A stretch of DNA of 64,000 nt from Macrostomum lignano (taxonomy: Eukaryota). Below are positions 60,985 through 64,000 of the stretch, piece by piece. The translations under genes were made by a program, and so were the position numbers. How positions within the stretch are numbered: the stretch's first letter is position 1; every line of letters begins with the position of its first letter. The stretch is taken from contig NIVC01000070.1 of assembly GCA_002269645.1 (NCBI GenBank), forward strand, positions 124,001 to 188,000, given 5' to 3'. Under the pieces are notes generated by a model. That model saw nothing but the letters and a program-made list of their open reading frames with translations, was not told the DNA's origin and did no database searches.

Positions 60985-62129
60985 TTTATTTATCGTAAAA
61001 AATGAGGAATGAGCAATAATTTTCCCTATGCAAAAGGCTAGAAAGTATATTCATTTATTTTTAAGGAAAAATAGAATAATTATTTCCCCACATCTCTAAA
61101 GCAATAGCTCTCAATAGCTTTCATTCCTAAAAGAATCGCAGGAAACTTATTGCCCCAACCTCATTCCTAACGAAGCGTAGATATTGCATGGCAGTGAGTA
61201 CGAGCTAATAGCTGATGAACTTTATGTTGAAGCTCAATTAGGTTTATTTTATTCATTGTATTAATTTTTACAGTCATTTTACAGTTAATTTGTATTTTAA
61301 GGCAATTTCATATTAGCCGAAAGTAACTTTTGAAACAAACCTTCTTTTGCACTGCTTTTAATGAATTCAATATTTGATGAGCAATTAATTTTGTCTTTTA
61401 TTTTTCACCTGAAATTTCATTATAATTCGTGTGAAAACTTCACCTATTTTATATTGCAAATTTATGCAAAAGACGAAACAATTTTGTTTTTAGTTTTCCA
61501 AGGTTTGCAAAAACTTAACATTTAGAGTGAATTTTAGTATAAGGATTTTTACGCAAACTACGAGTGACAGTCTTTTTTTTCAAAAATCTAAAATATCTCA
61601 AGTCACCTGTAACAACTGCGGACTGTAAGCTCATAAAAACGATTTGCATCAACTTGCGACGGGGCCTTCGTCTTTCATATATTGAAAATTGAATAATATA
61701 CGAAACCCACAAGATGTCAATTTTAACTAAGGCGAAGGCCCTGAATGAAGCTTTTGTCTTACTTCATTTCTTAATCTTTGGCGAAACAAATATGAATAGA
61801 CTGAGTCAAAGCGCAAAGGCTAAGGAAACAGAGCCGAACAGAAAATCTTAGCGCGAGAGAAAGAGACCAACAAAATTATAAATGAGTTCGCGAGATCTAA
61901 CTTAAAATTCTTAAAACTTAAAATAGTTGGGATGACTGCAGAAAGCAGAGAAAATATTTTTGCGAAAGCTGAGTCAATGATTAATGCAAAATTTCAGAAA
62001 ATGAATATTATTGCAAAGCCAAGAATTCTACATGTGCATTCCTACATTATTTTAAGAATCAGTGTTTTCAGCGCTTATTTTGGCGTAGCAGGCATTCATC
62101 CCAGCGCCATAGGAACCACAAATTTTAGC

Positions 62130-64000
62130 AGCGCAAGCATTCATTTTGGCGCCGCAGGCAGACACTCATTTTGGCGCCGCAGGCACTCATTTTGGCACCG
62201 CAGACACTCATTTTGGCGCCTCAGACACTCATTTTGGCGCCGCAGGCACACTCATTTTGGCGCCGCAGGCAGAAATTCTTTCTAGCGCCGCAGTCACTCA
62301 TTTTAGCGTCACAGGCACTCGTTTAATTAGCGCCGCAGACACTCATTTTGGCGTCGCAGGCACTCATTTTAGCGCCACAGGCACTCATTTTAGCGCCACA
62401 GGCACTCATTTTAATTAGCGCCGCAGACACTCATTTTGGCGTCGCAGGCACTCATTTTAGCGCCACAGGCACTCATTTTAATTAGCGCCGCAGACACTCA
62501 TTTTGGCGTCGCAGGCACTCATTTTAGCGCCACAGGCACTCATTTTAGCGCCACAGGCACTCATTTTAATTGGCGCCGCAGACACTCATTTTGGCGTCGC
62601 AGGCACTCATTTTAGCGCCACAGGCACTCATTTTAATTAGCGCCGCAGACACTCATTTTGGCGCCGCAGGCACTCATTTTGGCACCGCAGACACTCATTT
62701 TGGCACCGCAGACACTCATTTTGGCGCCTCAGACACTCATTTTGGCGCCGCAGGCACACTTATTTTGGCGCCGCAGGCAGAAATTCTTTCTAGCGCCGCA
62801 GTCACTCATTTTAGCGCCACAGGCACTCATTTTAATTAGCACCGCAGACACTCATTTTGGCGTCGCAGGCACTCATTTTAGCGCCACAGGCACTCATTTT
62901 AATTAGCGCCGCAGACACTCATTTTGGCGTCGCAGGCACTCATTTTAGCGCCACAGGCACTCATTTTAGCGCCACAGGCACTCATTTTAATTAGCGCCGC
63001 AGACACTCATTTTGGCGTCGCAGGCACTCATTTTAGCGCCACAGGCACTCATTTTAATTAGCGCCGCAGACACTCATTTTGGCGTCGCAGGCACTCATTT
63101 TAGCGCCACAGGCACTCATTTTAGCGCCACAGGCACTCATTTTAATTGGCGCCGCAGACACTCATTTTGGCGTCGCAGGCACTCATTTTAGCGCCACAGG
63201 CACTCATTTTAATTAGCGCCGCAGACACTCATTTTGGCGCCGCAGGCACTCATTTTGGCACCGCAGACACTCATTTTGGCGCCTCAGACACTCATTTTGG
63301 CGCCGCAGGCACACTTATTTTGGCGTCGCAGGCACTCATTTTAGCGCCACAGGCACTCATTTTAATTAGCGCCGCAGACACTCATTTTGGCGCCGCAGGC
63401 ACTCATTTTGGCACCGCAGACACTCATTTTGGCGCCTCAGACACTCATTTTGGCGCCGCAGGCACACTCATTTTGGCGCCGCAGGCAGAAATTCTTTCTA
63501 GCGCCGCAGTCACTCATTTTAGCGCCACAGGCACTCATTTTAATTAGCGCCGCAGACACTCATTTTGGCGTCGCAGGCACTCATTTTAGCGCCACAGGCA
63601 CTCATTTTAGCGCCACAGGCACTCATTTTAGCGCCACAGGCACTCATTTTAATTAGCGCCGCAGACACTCATTTTGGCGTCGCAGGCACTCATTTTAGCG
63701 CCACAGGCACTCATTTTAATTAGCGCCGCAGACACTCATTTTGGCACCGCAGACACTCATTTTGGCACCGCAGACACTCATTTTGGCGCCTCAGACACTC
63801 ATTTTGGCGCCGCAGGCACACTTATTTTGGCGCCGCAGGCAGAAATTCTTTCTAGCGCCGCAGTCACTCATTTTAGCGCCACAGGCACTCATTTTAATTA
63901 GCGCCGCAGACACTCATTTTGGCGTCGCAGGCACTCATTTTAGCGCCACAGGCACTCATTTTAATTAGCGCCGCAGACACTCATTTTGGCGTCGCAGGCA
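62130..64000 (+). repeat. 21-25-nt satellite (GCGCCGCAGGCACTCATTTTG family) with higher-order structure
   Basis: Variants GCGCCGCAGACACTCATTTTG, GCGTCGCAGGCACTCATTTTA, GCGCCACAGGCACTCATTTTA(ATTA) in recurring order; continues past window end. Confidence 0.95.

Larger units (their letters stand above)
53126..64000 (+). mobile_element. Helitron H7, Rep-helicase-encoding; 3' terminus not in window
   Basis: 5' TCCCATATACTAAAAATG directly after H6 CTAG; contains the RepHel gene and a terminal satellite. Confidence 0.9.

Noticed and set aside
62146-63968. ORFs such as MAPQADTHFGAAGTHF...
   Set aside because: Translations of the 21-nt satellite; no independent coding evidence.
1-64000. Species assignment (the TE content is reminiscent of a flatworm such as Macrostomum)
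   Set aside because: Impression only; it cannot be established without a database search.

Overview
This is intron-containing eukaryotic (metazoan, invertebrate-like) genomic DNA. It contains no rRNA, no intact tRNA and no CRISPR. The left third (1-22 kb) holds two tandem minus-strand paralogues of a multi-CUB-domain type I membrane receptor. Gene A (47-10847) has a signal peptide, 9 single-exon CUB domains and a Ser/Thr stalk exon, and runs off the left edge. Gene B (18550-21931) has 4 CUB exons, 2 stalk exons, a transmembrane exon and a tyrosine-motif cytoplasmic tail, but its 5' exons are not in the window. Introns and the intergenic region carry MITEs, a probable solo LTR, a non-autonomous Helitron and a decayed non-LTR RT. 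From 22.2 kb on, the window is a nest of transposons. Gypsy-1 (22228-31002) is a frameshifted LTR element whose Gag-protease ORF carries a clear cold-shock domain between the CCHC knuckle and the protease, which is the most unusual observation here. Next come a Mag-like Gypsy fragment (39779-43420) and head-to-tail Helitron copies joined at CTAG|TC junctions. These carry satellites, tRNA-like Pol III motifs and an interstitial (TTAGGG)n tract. The last element is a near-autonomous Helitron with a 9-exon STPR-like/OTU/Rep/PIF1 gene that has one broken splice donor. All exon models and alignments were made by eye; no searches were run.
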